Shown in pieces: positions 9,755-20,294 of a stretch of DNA of 64,000 nucleotides. How positions within the stretch are numbered: position 1 is the stretch's first letter; every line of letters starts with the position of its first letter. The notes beneath the pieces were generated by a model. The model did no database searches. It saw nothing but the letters and a program-made list of their open reading frames with translations, and was not told the origin of the DNA. The DNA lies in NCBI GenBank assembly GCA_963745835.1, contig CAVUZH010000013.1:736001-800000 (forward strand), given 5' to 3'. This DNA is from an uncultured delta proteobacterium. Its GTDB lineage: Bacteria; Desulfobacterota; Binatia; UBA9968. The translations under genes were made by a program, and so were the position numbers.

Positions 9755-11921
9755 GAACGTGCAAGTTGCGCTCGGTCATTGCTCGAACGGGTTTCCCCGT
9801 TGGAATGTTGACAAGAAAGGAGGTTCCCTTCCCCACTTTACTTTCAACAGTAACGTATCCGCCATGCTCCTGTACAATTTGATGGGAGATAGAAAGCCCT
9901 AAACCGCTGCCTTCGTCCTTGCTGGTAAAAAACGGATCGAATATATGCTCGAGATTTTCGTTAGGGATACCGATACCGGTATCCTTAACTTCAACTTGTA
10001 CGAATGAGGGTGACTGCTGGGTAGCCTCCGGGGTGAAGATACGTGTTGAGATTGTAATTGTCCCGCCGTTGTTCATCGCCTGGATGCCGTTGAATATGAG
10101 GTTCATGAATACCTGCTTCATTTGTTCCCTGTCAATCCACACCTTGGGCAGGTTCGGGGTGAAGTCTCTTACCAATTCTACACTTTTTTCCTTCGCTTGT
10201 GTGTCTAAAATTCGCGCAATACCATCGATTACGTTATTCATGTCCTCTTGAGCAACATTCGGCCTCGAGGGTCGGGCAAAGCTCAAAAGATCCGTGATCA
10301 ACCCACAGATGCGGTCCACTTCCTTCAGGGCGAGGCTTTGGAAACCGTTACGAAACTCAGCGTCTTCGTACCGTTCTGGCAAAAGCTGGGTAAACGTGCG
10401 AATTGCCACCAACGGATTGCGAATTTCATGAGCAAGTCCTGCCGTAAGTAGCCCTAAAGAGGATAAGCGGTCCGCCCGCCGAAGCGTATCCTGCGACTGC
10501 TTCAGATTTTGGTAAAGCCGCGCGTTTTCAATTGCGACCGCCGCCTGATTAGCGAGAGTTGAAAGAAGCTCTAGATCTTCGTTCGAGTAAATCTCCTTAC
10601 CCGGTTTGTAACCGAGATTCAGAGCGCCGATCAATTTTTCCTTTGAAATTATCGGGACGCTAATCTCGGCCTCGATCTCCTCCATTCTCCTCGCAGTCAA
10701 CCTCCAGTTTAGGCTATCGCTAGCGATTTCAAGTTCTTCTCTAACGATTCCCTTTTGTACTTTTGTTAAGCTTTCAAGTAGAGGATCGTCGCGTAAGAGA
10801 AAGAACTGAGAATTTATTGCAACGCCGATGCTGGCTTTAAGGTTGAATACGCCTTTGGCTTCCTCGAGTAGAAAAAGAGACGCCTTTTCAATGCCAAGTG
10901 CCCGTCCGACCGTTCGAACCAGATTAGTGGATAAACTCTCAAGGTCCACGATCGAAACCATATCTTTACTCGAGTAGAGTAGCGTTTCCCGGTAGTTTAT
11001 CCGCTTTTGGAATAACGCTCTTTCTAGAGCTTCCTCCGTCCGAAACCGTAATTTGGGAAATAAAAACCCCACAATAATAAACAAGAGGAGTGTCGCCATC
11101 GAGAAGGTATAATTGATGTTTCCAAACGCCAACTGCTGCCCCCAAATGACCAAGATATAACAGGGAACAAGCAGCATGAATAAAAGTGATGCATAGATGA
11201 TGCTTTTTCTGATCGCAACGTTAATGTCGAGGAGGCGGTACTGCGCAATAGCATAAGCAGTAGTGGAAACATAGATGGGAATCGCATAACTTCCGTACGG
11301 AAAAAGCGGGAAAATTGTTATGTCGTAGAGATAAAGAAAATTATCGAGGCCGCCAAAATATCCAAGCAATGAGCCAAACAGGAGATATTTTATTTGGTTC
11401 TTCCGAACTCCTTCCGCCTTTAGGTATCCTAGGAAGAGAGTAGAAAGACCCCAAGCGGCACAAGCTATAAAGTAAAGGACCAGATATATGTAGCCACGAT
11501 TCGCCACCATCAAATACTCGATCCCGTATTTCGGAGCGACTTCTGAAACGAGAGTTCCATTGATACACAAGAACATCAAAGTTGCGGTGATTACATAGAG
11601 CGGAGCGACAAGAAGATTTACGGTTTTCCGCTTACGATTAGAAAAGAACTGGAGAACGAAATGGACGAACAGGGTCGGTATCAGCGTAGCACCAACATGG
11701 AGATAGCGTGCGGTAAATTCGGCTACGGACCGGTTCGCAGTAAATACATGCAATGCAAGTAAGCTACTCCACACGGTGATACTGAAGGAATAGATAGAGA
11801 ATACTCGGTAAAGGCTCGACTTGGGATCCTTCAACAGCACGAACGAACCTAGAGCGGCCGTGGTTACCGAGGTCAGGGCTGCGGAAATTCCTATATGAGC
11901 AGCGTCAGTTAAGCCGAACAT
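9732..11921 (-). CDS. Membrane sensor histidine kinase (multi-TM HisKA_7TM-like N-terminus, GAF, HisKA, HATPase)
   Basis: About 9 hydrophobic helices; LSTLANQAAVAIENARLY GAF end; AHEIRNPL; DTGIGI, FDPFF, GSGLGL. Confidence 0.92.
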   Translation of the reverse strand: MFGLTDAAHIGISAALTSVTTAALGSFVLLKDPKSSLYRVFSIYSFSITVWSSLLALHVFTANRSVAEFTARYLHVGATLIPTLFVHFVLQFFSNRKRKTVNLLVAPLYVITATLMFLCINGTLVSEVAPKYGIEYLMVANRGYIYLVLYFIACAAWGLSTLFLGYLKAEGVRKNQIKYLLFGSLLGYFGGLDNFLYLYDITIFPLFPYGSYAIPIYVSTTAYAIAQYRLLDINVAIRKSIIYASLLFMLLVPCYILVIWGQQLAFGNINYTFSMATLLLFIIVGFLFPKLRFRTEEALERALFQKRINYRETLLYSSKDMVSIVDLESLSTNLVRTVGRALGIEKASLFLLEEAKGVFNLKASIGVAINSQFFLLRDDPLLESLTKVQKGIVREELEIASDSLNWRLTARRMEEIEAEISVPIISKEKLIGALNLGYKPGKEIYSNEDLELLSTLANQAAVAIENARLYQNLKQSQDTLRRADRLSSLGLLTAGLAHEIRNPLVAIRTFTQLLPERYEDAEFRNGFQSLALKEVDRICGLITDLLSFARPSRPNVAQEDMNNVIDGIARILDTQAKEKSVELVRDFTPNLPKVWIDREQMKQVFMNLIFNGIQAMNNGGTITISTRIFTPEATQQSPSFVQVEVKDTGIGIPNENLEHIFDPFFTSKDEGSGLGLSISHQIVQEHGGYVTVESKVGKGTSFLVNIPTGKPVRAMTERNLHVHEANLSH

Positions 11922-11930
11922 AGCGAACGG

Positions 11931-13190
11931 TTAGATCTCTCTCGGATCGGCGGCGAAGGGACGCAAGACTAAAGTCGCGTTTTTTCCTCCGAAACCAAAG
12001 GTATTTAAAAGCAGAGCTCTGATATTTCTATGAGTGGATTTTTCTCGGTGGACTTGAATGAGACAACCCGGATCCAGCGCGTCACAATTGATACTTCGTA
12101 AGATAACTTTCTTGTGAATCGACAACACCGCCGCAACTGTTTCCACTGCGCCGCACGCGCCTTGAGTATGACCTAGCATCGACTTTATACTAACAACCGG
12201 CACATCCTGTATTCGTTCTGCCAAGACCCGCTGAATTGCGTACGCCTCCGATAGGTCATCGGATACTGCACCTGGAGCATGCGCTTGTACATAATCGATA
12301 TCTTCAACCGTCAGACGTGCATCAGCAAGAGCATCAAGCATTACCGCGACTGCTTGATCACCGTTCGGATTCAGCATCATCATACTATATGCGTCAGAAT
12401 TGTGAGACCACCCAGCGATTTCGGCGTATATCCTGGCGCCTCGATCCATGGCATGTTCCGCCGTTTCACAAACCAAAACTGCTGCACCTTCGCTCACGAC
12501 GATTCCGTCTCGCCCGGCGTCGAACGGTCTGGGAGATTGCGATGGGTGTTCATATTGAGTAGTCATAATCCGAGCCGCGCAATAGGCTCCAAAAATGCCG
12601 GGATCGATCGGTGCCTCGGTTCCCCCAACGATGGCGGTATCTATTCGCCTCATCTTCAAGTTATCGACCGCGTACCCTATGGCGACGGTACTCGACGCAC
12701 ATCCTGAAGAGATCGTATCGCTGGGGCCTTTAAAACCGAATTTTGAGGAGAGCTGTGCCGAACTGGCATTAGGAAATGTTGATACGGCTGTGAAAGGATT
12801 AATTCTTTTTAAACCCTTTTCTTTGAAAACTTCATACTCACGAAATGCCCAACTTTGCCCTCCAACTGCAGTGCCGGTAAATACGCCGATTCTCGACATA
12901 TCACCGCTTAGCTCCAATCTGGAATCCGCAACTGCCATTTCGGCGGCTGCAACGATCATTTGCGATGAGCGATCCATTCGGCGCGCTTCTTTGAAGGAAA
13001 GGAACTCAACAGGGTCAAAGTTCCGTACCTCACCAGCAATACGCGTAGGGTAAGTGCTCGCGTCAAAAAAACTTATCGGTTTGGCTGCCGCCTGGCCTTC
13101 GGACAACCCGTGCCAAAATTCTTTTTTACCGATGCCAAGCGGAGATACGACTCCCATGCCTGTGATGACAACGCGGGGTTCGTGGTTCAT
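11931..13190 (-). CDS. Beta-ketoacyl synthase (FabF / type II KS-like), stand-alone
   Basis: VVITGMGVVSPLG, SGCASS (Cys), QAH (His), KSMLGH (His), FGFGG. Confidence 0.9.
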   Translation of the reverse strand: MNHEPRVVITGMGVVSPLGIGKKEFWHGLSEGQAAAKPISFFDASTYPTRIAGEVRNFDPVEFLSFKEARRMDRSSQMIVAAAEMAVADSRLELSGDMSRIGVFTGTAVGGQSWAFREYEVFKEKGLKRINPFTAVSTFPNASSAQLSSKFGFKGPSDTISSGCASSTVAIGYAVDNLKMRRIDTAIVGGTEAPIDPGIFGAYCAARIMTTQYEHPSQSPRPFDAGRDGIVVSEGAAVLVCETAEHAMDRGARIYAEIAGWSHNSDAYSMMMLNPNGDQAVAVMLDALADARLTVEDIDYVQAHAPGAVSDDLSEAYAIQRVLAERIQDVPVVSIKSMLGHTQGACGAVETVAAVLSIHKKVILRSINCDALDPGCLIQVHREKSTHRNIRALLLNTFGFGGKNATLVLRPFAADPREI

Positions 13191-13335
13191 TGTTGGGCTC
13201 TTAATACGGCATTGCCTACCTGAGTTCTTGATCAGATGCGTTTTTGCTAACTAATACCTTCTGTGCAAAGGCTCGGGAAAAAGGGAAACCCCACGGGAAA
13301 CCCATAAGTCTTTGCAGCCGAAAAATTCCTTGCGT

Positions 13336-13527
13336 TCAACAGACACTTTCTTCATCGATATTAGAGTTTTTTAGCAGCCAAGCATCAATCATGTCTTTGC
13401 TGAATCTCCATTGATTGCCAACCTTGAAGGCGGGGATGTTCTTCTGTGTTACCAACCTATAAACCGTAAACTTGTCCACCTTCAGGTAGTCGGCTACTTC
13501 AGCGGTTGTCAGTAAATTTTCTTGCAT
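13336..13527 (-). CDS. Small HTH_17 (excisionase/BldC-like) DNA-binding protein
   Basis: LLTTAEVADYLKV..TVYRL...IPAFKVGNQWRF signature. Confidence 0.88.
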   Translation of the reverse strand: MQENLLTTAEVADYLKVDKFTVYRLVTQKNIPAFKVGNQWRFSKDMIDAWLLKNSNIDEESVC

Positions 13528-13540
13528 CTGACGCGTCCTT

Positions 13541-13570
13541 ATGGCACCCTTTGGCGTTATTTGGCACGGA
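13541..13570. promoter_or_regulatory. Three 10-bp-phased TGGC(A/G) direct repeats, candidate operator of the HTH_17 protein
   Basis: ATGGCACCCT TTGGCGTTAT TTGGCACGGA between the divergent genes. Confidence 0.4.
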
Positions 13571-13615
13571 TATATAGGACTCGCAAAACTTAGTCAACGC
13601 CAAACTGGAGCTAAA

Positions 13616-14917
13616 ATGAGAAAAAGACCATTCGGGCCCTCAGTGGTTCTGTTATTTTTTGCGGTTTCATTTCTAACCCGTGATGCTTTTTCGGGTGGTT
13701 ACATGATCCCGCATCAAACCGCGCGCGGTCTGGGCCTCTCAAATGCGATGACTGCTGGAGTGAATGATCCTTCGGCCGTCTACTATAACCCCGCTGCTCT
13801 TGGTGAGGTTGACGGCAATAATTTGCTGATGAGCGGCACTTATGTAAATGTACAAAGTTCCGTTGAAAACAGTGGCCGACGAGCCCATAACAAACACGAC
13901 GACAACTTTCTCGCGACGCTGTTTGCCAATTACCACGTTCCAAATACCGACTTTACTTTTGGGATCGGTACGTATTCTCCTTTTGGGCTAGCAACAACCT
14001 ACGAAAGTGATTTCACTCGGTTTGCCGCTGAGCGTACCGAGCTGAAGACCATTTACATAACACCGGCAGCGGCGTGGCACCCATCCAAGTATTTTTCCAT
14101 TGGAGCCGGTGCGAGCTTTGTCCATGCCTCGGGCCTGTTTTCCAGGGGCCTCTGCCTTGATCCGATCACGAGTTGCACCGCCCCTATCGGCCTGGAAGGT
14201 CGATTGCGCTTAACAGATACGGCCGACGCCTTCGCCTATAATTTAGGAGCGCTGATCAAACCTTTGGACAATGTTAAAGTTGGATTTAGCTACAGGTCTC
14301 GCGTGGATTTGCGCTTCGACCACGCAGACGTGAAACTCCGTGGGGCGTTCTCTACAGCCACGACAAAAGCGGACATTCGGCCGATCCCTCTCCCGCCGGT
14401 TATTAACACCGGCGTCTTCTGGCAGGTGACGCCCAACTGGGGAGCCGAGCTAGTCTACGAATACACCCGATGGAGCGAGTTCGAAGATTTTACTGCAACC
14501 TTCTCACCAAGCCCCACCTTCTTGCCTTTGGGCTTCCCTCTTTCAGGGTTTAGTCTTCCTGAGGATTGGAAGAACACTAGCACCCTGAGATTCGGCAGCT
14601 ATTATGCCCTAAACAACAACTGGGAGTTGCGAGGAGGACTTGCGGTAGAAGAGTCACCAATACCAAATCATACACTCAATCCAGCTATCCCTGGTGCTGA
14701 TTTGTTAACCTTGAATGCTGGTTTGGGCTATAGGTGGGAGAACATTTCGCTTGATCTCGGCTATATGGCGGTGTTTTACAAAAATAGAAAAGTGACTAAC
14801 AACGAGTTAGAGGGCCTTCCCGCCACTAGTCCTTTGGGCTTTGCAGGTGCCCCCGGCAAAGACAAATATGAAACTTTCAATAACTTCGTCACGGTATCAT
14901 TAGGGTATCGCTTTTAG
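13616..14917 (+). CDS. FadL/OmpP1-family outer-membrane hydrophobic compound channel
   Basis: Signal peptide, AVYYNPAAL, SPFGLAT, terminal YRF beta-signal; GGAG RBS before ATG 13616. Confidence 0.9.
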   Translation: MRKRPFGPSVVLLFFAVSFLTRDAFSGGYMIPHQTARGLGLSNAMTAGVNDPSAVYYNPAALGEVDGNNLLMSGTYVNVQSSVENSGRRAHNKHDDNFLATLFANYHVPNTDFTFGIGTYSPFGLATTYESDFTRFAAERTELKTIYITPAAAWHPSKYFSIGAGASFVHASGLFSRGLCLDPITSCTAPIGLEGRLRLTDTADAFAYNLGALIKPLDNVKVGFSYRSRVDLRFDHADVKLRGAFSTATTKADIRPIPLPPVINTGVFWQVTPNWGAELVYEYTRWSEFEDFTATFSPSPTFLPLGFPLSGFSLPEDWKNTSTLRFGSYYALNNNWELRGGLAVEESPIPNHTLNPAIPGADLLTLNAGLGYRWENISLDLGYMAVFYKNRKVTNNELEGLPATSPLGFAGAPGKDKYETFNNFVTVSLGYRF

Positions 14918-14979
14918 GGTCACCCGCAGTTTAAGTGTCCGATAAACCCGCCGGGCACTCCGCAGACACCTTCGCAACC

Positions 14980-16713
14980 TTATTTAGATCTTTTCGTCGC
15001 CTTCTGAAGGTTCACCCAAGAATCCCTGAGGGTTACCGTCCGATTAAACACCGGCTTACGCCTCGTCGAATCTACCGAATCAAGGCAAAAATAGCCTAGT
15101 CTTTCGAACTGATAGAGCTCTCCTCTTTGCGCGTTCGCAAGAATCGGCTCTACTCGGCAGTCCGTCAGCACCTCGAGCGATTTTGGATTAACGTTGGTCA
15201 ACCAGTCGACGCCGTCGGGGACGGCATCGGGATCTTCCTTACTGAACAGATGATCATAGAGGCGGACCTCAGCTTCCTTAGCATGACCGGCCGAGACCCA
15301 GTGAATGGTGGCTTTTACTTTTCGGTTGCTCTGAGAAGAACCACTTTTAGTTTCTGGGTCGTACGTACAACGCAGTTCGCGGATTTCGCCGGTCTCCGGA
15401 TCTTTGAGAATGTCGGTGCATTTGATGATATATGCGTAACGCAGCCGAACCTCACGCCCCGGCGATAAACGGAAAAATCCTTTGGGGGGTTCTTCGCGGA
15501 AATCATCTTGCTCGATATAGGCGACTTTAGAAAATGGAACAGGCCGCGTGCCGCTACTGGGATCTTCCGGATTATTGACTGCCTCTAAGTGTTCAACCTG
15601 TCCAGCGGGATAATTTTCGATGACGACCTTGATGGGCCTTAACACCGCCATCACTCGCGCCGCTCGCTTGTTCAGGTTCTCCCGGAGGCAGTGTTCCAGC
15701 ATTGCGATGTCGACCGTGCTGTTCCGCTTGGCCACGCCAATGCGCTCGCAAAAAGTTCGGATCGCTTCGGCGGTATAACCGCGACGTCGGAGACCCGCCA
15801 AGGTCGGCATTCGCGGATCATCCCATCCCGCGACATGGTTTTGTTGAACGAGTTGTAGAAGCTTTCTCTTGCTCAGTACAGTGTGGCTTAGATTCAGCCG
15901 CGCAAACTCAATTTGCTGCGGATGATGAATACCCAACTGATCGAGAAACCAGTCGTATAGAGGCCTGTGATCCTCGAATTCCAATGTGCAGATCGAGTGA
16001 GTGATTCCTTCAATTGAATCTGACTGCCCATGGGCAAAATCATAAGTCGGATAGATGCACCACCGATCCCCGGTCCGATGATGCGCAGCATGCAGAATAC
16101 GATACATCACCGGATCCCGCAGGTTTAAATTGGGCGAAGCCATGTCAATCTTGGCCCGGACAGTGCGTGCGCCGTCCGGAAACTCACCCGCTTTCATCCG
16201 CTCAAACAGATCTAAATTCTCGTCACTTGAACGATCCCGGAACGGGCTATTCCGGCCCGGTTCGGTAAGCGTGCCACGATACTGACGCATCTGATCACTG
16301 TTCAGATCGCAAACATAGGCCTTTCCGGCTTTGATAATTTGCACAGCAAACTGATATAGGCGATCGAAATAATCCGAAGCGTAATACTCCCGATCAGCCC
16401 AGTCGAAACCCAACCAGCGAACATCTTCTCGAATGGACTCGACGTATTCGATATCTTCTTTGCTTGGGTTGGTATCGTCGAAACGAAGATTGCAGAGCCC
16501 GTCGAATTCTGCCGCAAGACCAAAGTTCAAACAGATAGCTTTGGCGTGGCCGATGTGAAGATACCCGTTGGGCTCCGGTGGAAATCGCGTGTGCACGCGC
16601 TCCCGATGCTTCCCTGCCTGAACATCGTCAGCGACGATATTCCGGATAAAATTAGACGGCGCCGTCTCGGTAGATGCCATGGCGTCCTTCACAACTGATA
16701 CTTCACTATTCAC
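14980..16713 (-). CDS. glnS: Glutamine--tRNA ligase
   Basis: [34 protein letters not shown]. Confidence 0.97.
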   Translation of the reverse strand: MNSEVSVVKDAMASTETAPSNFIRNIVADDVQAGKHRERVHTRFPPEPNGYLHIGHAKAICLNFGLAAEFDGLCNLRFDDTNPSKEDIEYVESIREDVRWLGFDWADREYYASDYFDRLYQFAVQIIKAGKAYVCDLNSDQMRQYRGTLTEPGRNSPFRDRSSDENLDLFERMKAGEFPDGARTVRAKIDMASPNLNLRDPVMYRILHAAHHRTGDRWCIYPTYDFAHGQSDSIEGITHSICTLEFEDHRPLYDWFLDQLGIHHPQQIEFARLNLSHTVLSKRKLLQLVQQNHVAGWDDPRMPTLAGLRRRGYTAEAIRTFCERIGVAKRNSTVDIAMLEHCLRENLNKRAARVMAVLRPIKVVIENYPAGQVEHLEAVNNPEDPSSGTRPVPFSKVAYIEQDDFREEPPKGFFRLSPGREVRLRYAYIIKCTDILKDPETGEIRELRCTYDPETKSGSSQSNRKVKATIHWVSAGHAKEAEVRLYDHLFSKEDPDAVPDGVDWLTNVNPKSLEVLTDCRVEPILANAQRGELYQFERLGYFCLDSVDSTRRKPVFNRTVTLRDSWVNLQKATKRSK

Positions 16714-16802
16714 AACGTTTTCCTCGATCCTCTATACTATCACGATCATCGTTGTTTTAAACGCTCCCGCCGTTGATCCTATTTTGGCTCCCTGTTAGGT
16801 TG

Positions 16803-18233
16803 ATGTCGATGATCCAAATCCGCACTCGTTTTGCGCCTAGCCCCACAGGCTATCTGCATATCGGCGGCGCCCGCACGGCTCTTTTTAATTACCTTTTCGC
16901 TCGTCATCACGGCGGTAAGTTTATTCTGCGCATCGAAGACACCGATCGCGAGCGATCAACGCGCGAAGCGATCGAGACTATCCTTGATGCGATGAAATGG
17001 CTGAAGCTTGACTACGATGAAGGTCCCTTTTTTCAGACAGAGCGGTTTCCACTCTACAAGGAAAAAATTCAGCAGCTATTGGCCGCCGGCAAAGCCTATC
17101 CCTGCGTGTGCACACCGCAGGATCTCGATGTCAAACGTCAGCTGGCGCAAAAGGAAAAGCGCAAGTCGTCTTATGATGGGACTTGTCGCCCGCCCGAAGG
17201 CGTCGTTCCGCGTTTGCCGCAAGGAAAGCCTTATACGATCCGATTCCGCTCGCTTCAGTTTGGAACGACCGTTGTCAATGATCTTGTTAAAGGCAATGTC
17301 ATTTTTGAGAATCGGGAGCTGGATGACTTGATCATCGCGCGATCTGACGGAACTCCGACGTACAATTTTTGCGTGGTCGTGGACGATATCGAGATGAAGA
17401 TCACCCACATTATCCGAGGCGACGATCATCTGGCCAACACGCCACGACAGATTCAATTGTACCATGCTATGGGACAGACATTGCCGCAATTTGCCCATGT
17501 ACCATTGATTCTTGGCACGGACAAAGCACGCCTCAGCAAGCGCCATGGCGCAACTTCCGTTACGGCTTATCGCGACATGGGTTATCTTCCAGAGGCGGTC
17601 GTCAACTACCTGGTTCGATTGGGATGGTCGCACGGCGACGATGAAATTTTTTCTCGAGAAGAACTCATCGAGAAGTTCTCTCTGGACAGCATCGGTAAAT
17701 CTGCCGGCGTCTTTAATCCCGAGAAATTTCTCTGGTTAAACTCACACTATATTAAGTCGCGCCCGCTGCGACGGTTAGCCCAGGACATCATTCCGTTCAT
17801 AGAGGCAAGGGGATACCCGGTGCCCCGTGATTTGGGCTGGCTTGAGAAAATGACTGCGACACTCAAGGACCGAGCCCAGACTTTGGTCGAGCTTGTTGAA
17901 CAAGCGCATTACTATCTCTCGGATGATATTTCGATCGATGAAAAGGCTGCAAAAAAGTTCTTGCTCCCTGAAATCAAAAAGCCGCTTAACAGCCTGCTAC
18001 AAAAGCTTAGTGATCTTACTGATTTTAGCGATGGCGCTGTTCAGCAGGCTTTTGCGGAAGTCCTGGAGAAAACCGGTTTGTCGATGGGGAAATTGGCCCA
18101 ACCTGTACGTGTCGCGCTGACCGGCTCAACCATCAGTCCAGGCATTCATGAGGTCATTGCGGTTCTCGGCAAAGAGCGAACGTTGAAACGATTAAACGCC
18201 ACGATGCAACGCTTGGATTCCCCAAGCCAATGA
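16803..18233 (+). CDS. gltX: Glutamate--tRNA ligase
   Basis: [32 protein letters not shown]. Confidence 0.97.
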   Translation: MSMIQIRTRFAPSPTGYLHIGGARTALFNYLFARHHGGKFILRIEDTDRERSTREAIETILDAMKWLKLDYDEGPFFQTERFPLYKEKIQQLLAAGKAYPCVCTPQDLDVKRQLAQKEKRKSSYDGTCRPPEGVVPRLPQGKPYTIRFRSLQFGTTVVNDLVKGNVIFENRELDDLIIARSDGTPTYNFCVVVDDIEMKITHIIRGDDHLANTPRQIQLYHAMGQTLPQFAHVPLILGTDKARLSKRHGATSVTAYRDMGYLPEAVVNYLVRLGWSHGDDEIFSREELIEKFSLDSIGKSAGVFNPEKFLWLNSHYIKSRPLRRLAQDIIPFIEARGYPVPRDLGWLEKMTATLKDRAQTLVELVEQAHYYLSDDISIDEKAAKKFLLPEIKKPLNSLLQKLSDLTDFSDGAVQQAFAEVLEKTGLSMGKLAQPVRVALTGSTISPGIHEVIAVLGKERTLKRLNATMQRLDSPSQ

Positions 18234-18292
18234 CACTCTAATCTGCCTTGATTTCACCGCTTGATTCTTTTAATTTGAACCCTCTGAGAACT

Positions 18293-18368
18293 TGAGGAGT
18301 CGGCTAATTGGTAAGCCACCTGACTCTGGATCAGGCGATTGAAGGTTCGAGTCCTTCCTCCTCAGCCA
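18293..18368 (+). tRNA. tRNA-Gln(CTG)
   Basis: TGAGGAG/CTCCTCA acceptor stem, CCTGA-CT CTG GA-TCAGG anticodon arm, CCA. Confidence 0.96.
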
Positions 18369-18370
18369 AC

Positions 18371-18445
18371 GGTCCCATCGTCTAGCGGTTAGGACACCGG
18401 CCTCTCACGTCGGTAACACGGGTTCGATTCCCGTTGGGACCACCA
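18371..18445 (+). tRNA. tRNA-Glu(CTC)
   Basis: GGTCCCA acceptor stem, CCGGC-CT CTC AC-GTCGG anticodon arm, GTTCGATT, CCA. Confidence 0.96.
18420..18445 (+). repeat. attL core (tRNA-Glu 3' end)
   Basis: Identical to 38099-38124. Confidence 0.93.
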
Positions 18446-18459
18446 TATTTCCCGCGTAG

Positions 18460-19684
18460 TTAACACTCTCGTCCAAAAGGTTTCGGCAAAGGTTTCGGTT
18501 TCCTCCTCATTTGCACCTGTTTTTCCTGCTCCTGGGATCTCATAACATAGCCACGTAATAGCGCATCGCCATCGTCACGGATGTATCTCCCATAGCTCTG
18601 CTGAAGCATAGCGATGCTCGTTCCGGTTTGTTCTGAGAGCCACTTCTGATTACACCCAAGTGTTAATGCGACGCTTATATTATAAAGGTATGTCGGGCAT
18701 TATAGAAGGGTCGCGGCCTCAGCTCTAGCACCCGTAATACGTCCCCAAATTTACGACCGAACTCATTCTGGTCTATAGGTCGGCCTTGCTCATCCGTGAA
18801 AACGTAATCTTCAGCTTTTGCATGCAGCGGGAGAAGAGGTTTTAGAAGGTCAACGACATTGGGAAGTAAAGAAAATGTCCTCGCGCTTGCCAGGGTCTTA
18901 GGCGCATTCTCTTCACCTAGCGTCCTAGATCATTCGATGCTTGCCTTGGAGGCTAGTAAATCGACAACGCCCCACTTCAATGCTGCCGCTTCACTAGGTC
19001 TAGTGCCAGTGTAGAAACGGAAAAAAACAAAAGCATAAGCCCAGTGCGGTCGCTTAGTTTTATAAAACTCCAGAATCCTATCGCGCTCACCTTCCGTAAA
19101 AGGATCGGGTTCCTTCTTGCGGAGCCGAGGCCACCAGTTTTTAGGTATCTCCTTAAAAGGGTTCCGCTCGATCCGCTTTCCGGCATCACGAAACATTGGG
19201 CGCAAGGCACCATCGATGATGTTTCGAGCTGACTTCAAAGTGAGCTTGCGCTCTTCGACAAGGTGCAGGCGAAAATCCTCAATTGTTTCGACGGCTACGC
19301 TATTCAGTTCCACTTCTCCCATGAACGGAAGGATGTTTTTATTGAAGGCTTGACGGTAGTCGCGCTCAAGGCTCTTGCGCACAAACGGCGGTTTCTTCTT
19401 TTCTATCCAGCTCTCATAGTACTCGTTCACCGTCAGAGGCGTCATCTCTACTGGCTTGCTTACCTTCGGCCTAAACTGATCGGCCTTGTTGCCGTGGGGA
19501 ACCATTTGAGATAATCGAACGTCCCTGCTTCGATCTCCTCAGTGATTAGCTGCGCTCTGGCTTCCAGACGTTTTCGGTTTTCCGGTGTGTCCTTTAGCTT
19601 AGTGCCTTCAGTCGATTCCATTCCGTTCCAGTACAGGAAATAACGCAAGCGACCGTGCTGATTCGGTTTGACCCTGCAAGCCAT
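18460..19684 (-). pseudogene. Tyrosine integrase with N-terminal Arm-binding domain, disrupted
   Basis: GTFDYLKWFP arm domain, TGTRPSE, APKT, YNARHTF, SYG; frameshift near 19500, in-frame TGA at 18930, frameshift near 18680. Confidence 0.9.
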
Positions 19685-19869
19685 TAGCGCCCCCTCTTGA
19701 TGTGGTGTTCTACGATGTACCGCAACGCAAGCTCGGCGATTTTCGGAATCGGAACCTCTTCATTTTCCCATCGAGAGATCCCACGGATGCTCACATCGAT
19801 TACCCCGGACAACATTGCTTGACTGTAGCCGATCGACTCCCGGAGCTTGCGAAACTCCTTACCAGACAT
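19684..19869 (-). CDS. XRE-type HTH protein
   Basis: LRESIGYSQAMLS..IDVSIRGISRWE; TAATG overlap with the integrase start. Confidence 0.75.
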   Translation of the reverse strand: MSGKEFRKLRESIGYSQAMLSGVIDVSIRGISRWENEEVPIPKIAELALRYIVEHHIKRGR

Positions 19870-19913
19870 ATTGTCTTTATAGACGTAATGTCTGCTTATG
19901 TCAAGGGTCTCTA

Positions 19914-20162
19914 TTACCGTCCTCCCAATTTATAGCCACGAGCCATCGGGATTGAGTCGTCCTCAAGCGCTGTACCGCTGTCCTCCCGCTCCAACCACTC
20001 AACCACAGCGCTCCATTTGAACCGTGGCCCGATACCTGAGGGGCTGAAGTAATGAACCCCCTTCCTGAACGTCCCTTCCGCCATCTTGTTCTGAATGGTC
20101 TTAGGAGAGAGCCCCAGCCGTTGAGCCAGATCTTTGATCTTGAGGTATTCTTCGGCGGCCAT
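19914..20162 (-). CDS. AlpA/excisionase-like protein
   Basis: YLKIKDLAQRLGLSPKTIQN..G.F....PRFKWSAV. Confidence 0.8.
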   Translation of the reverse strand: MAAEEYLKIKDLAQRLGLSPKTIQNKMAEGTFRKGVHYFSPSGIGPRFKWSAVVEWLEREDSGTALEDDSIPMARGYKLGGR

Positions 20163-20294
20163 GATTGCTTTTACTAGACGGCGATCTCTGGCGATCAGGG
20201 GTCTATGTGCTGCTGCCTAAGCAATCTTGCTGCTCATGAGCCTGCTCCAGCAACTACCCCCGCAAGCTGCACTGCGGCATCTACTGAGCCTATT

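Noticed and set aside
13336-13527. Excisionase as evidence of a prophage at 13 kb
   Set aside because: No integrase, att site or phage gene is adjacent; it is better read as a regulator.
13541-13580. Sigma54 promoter for fadL (TTGGCACG)
   Set aside because: There is no GC at the required -12 spacing.
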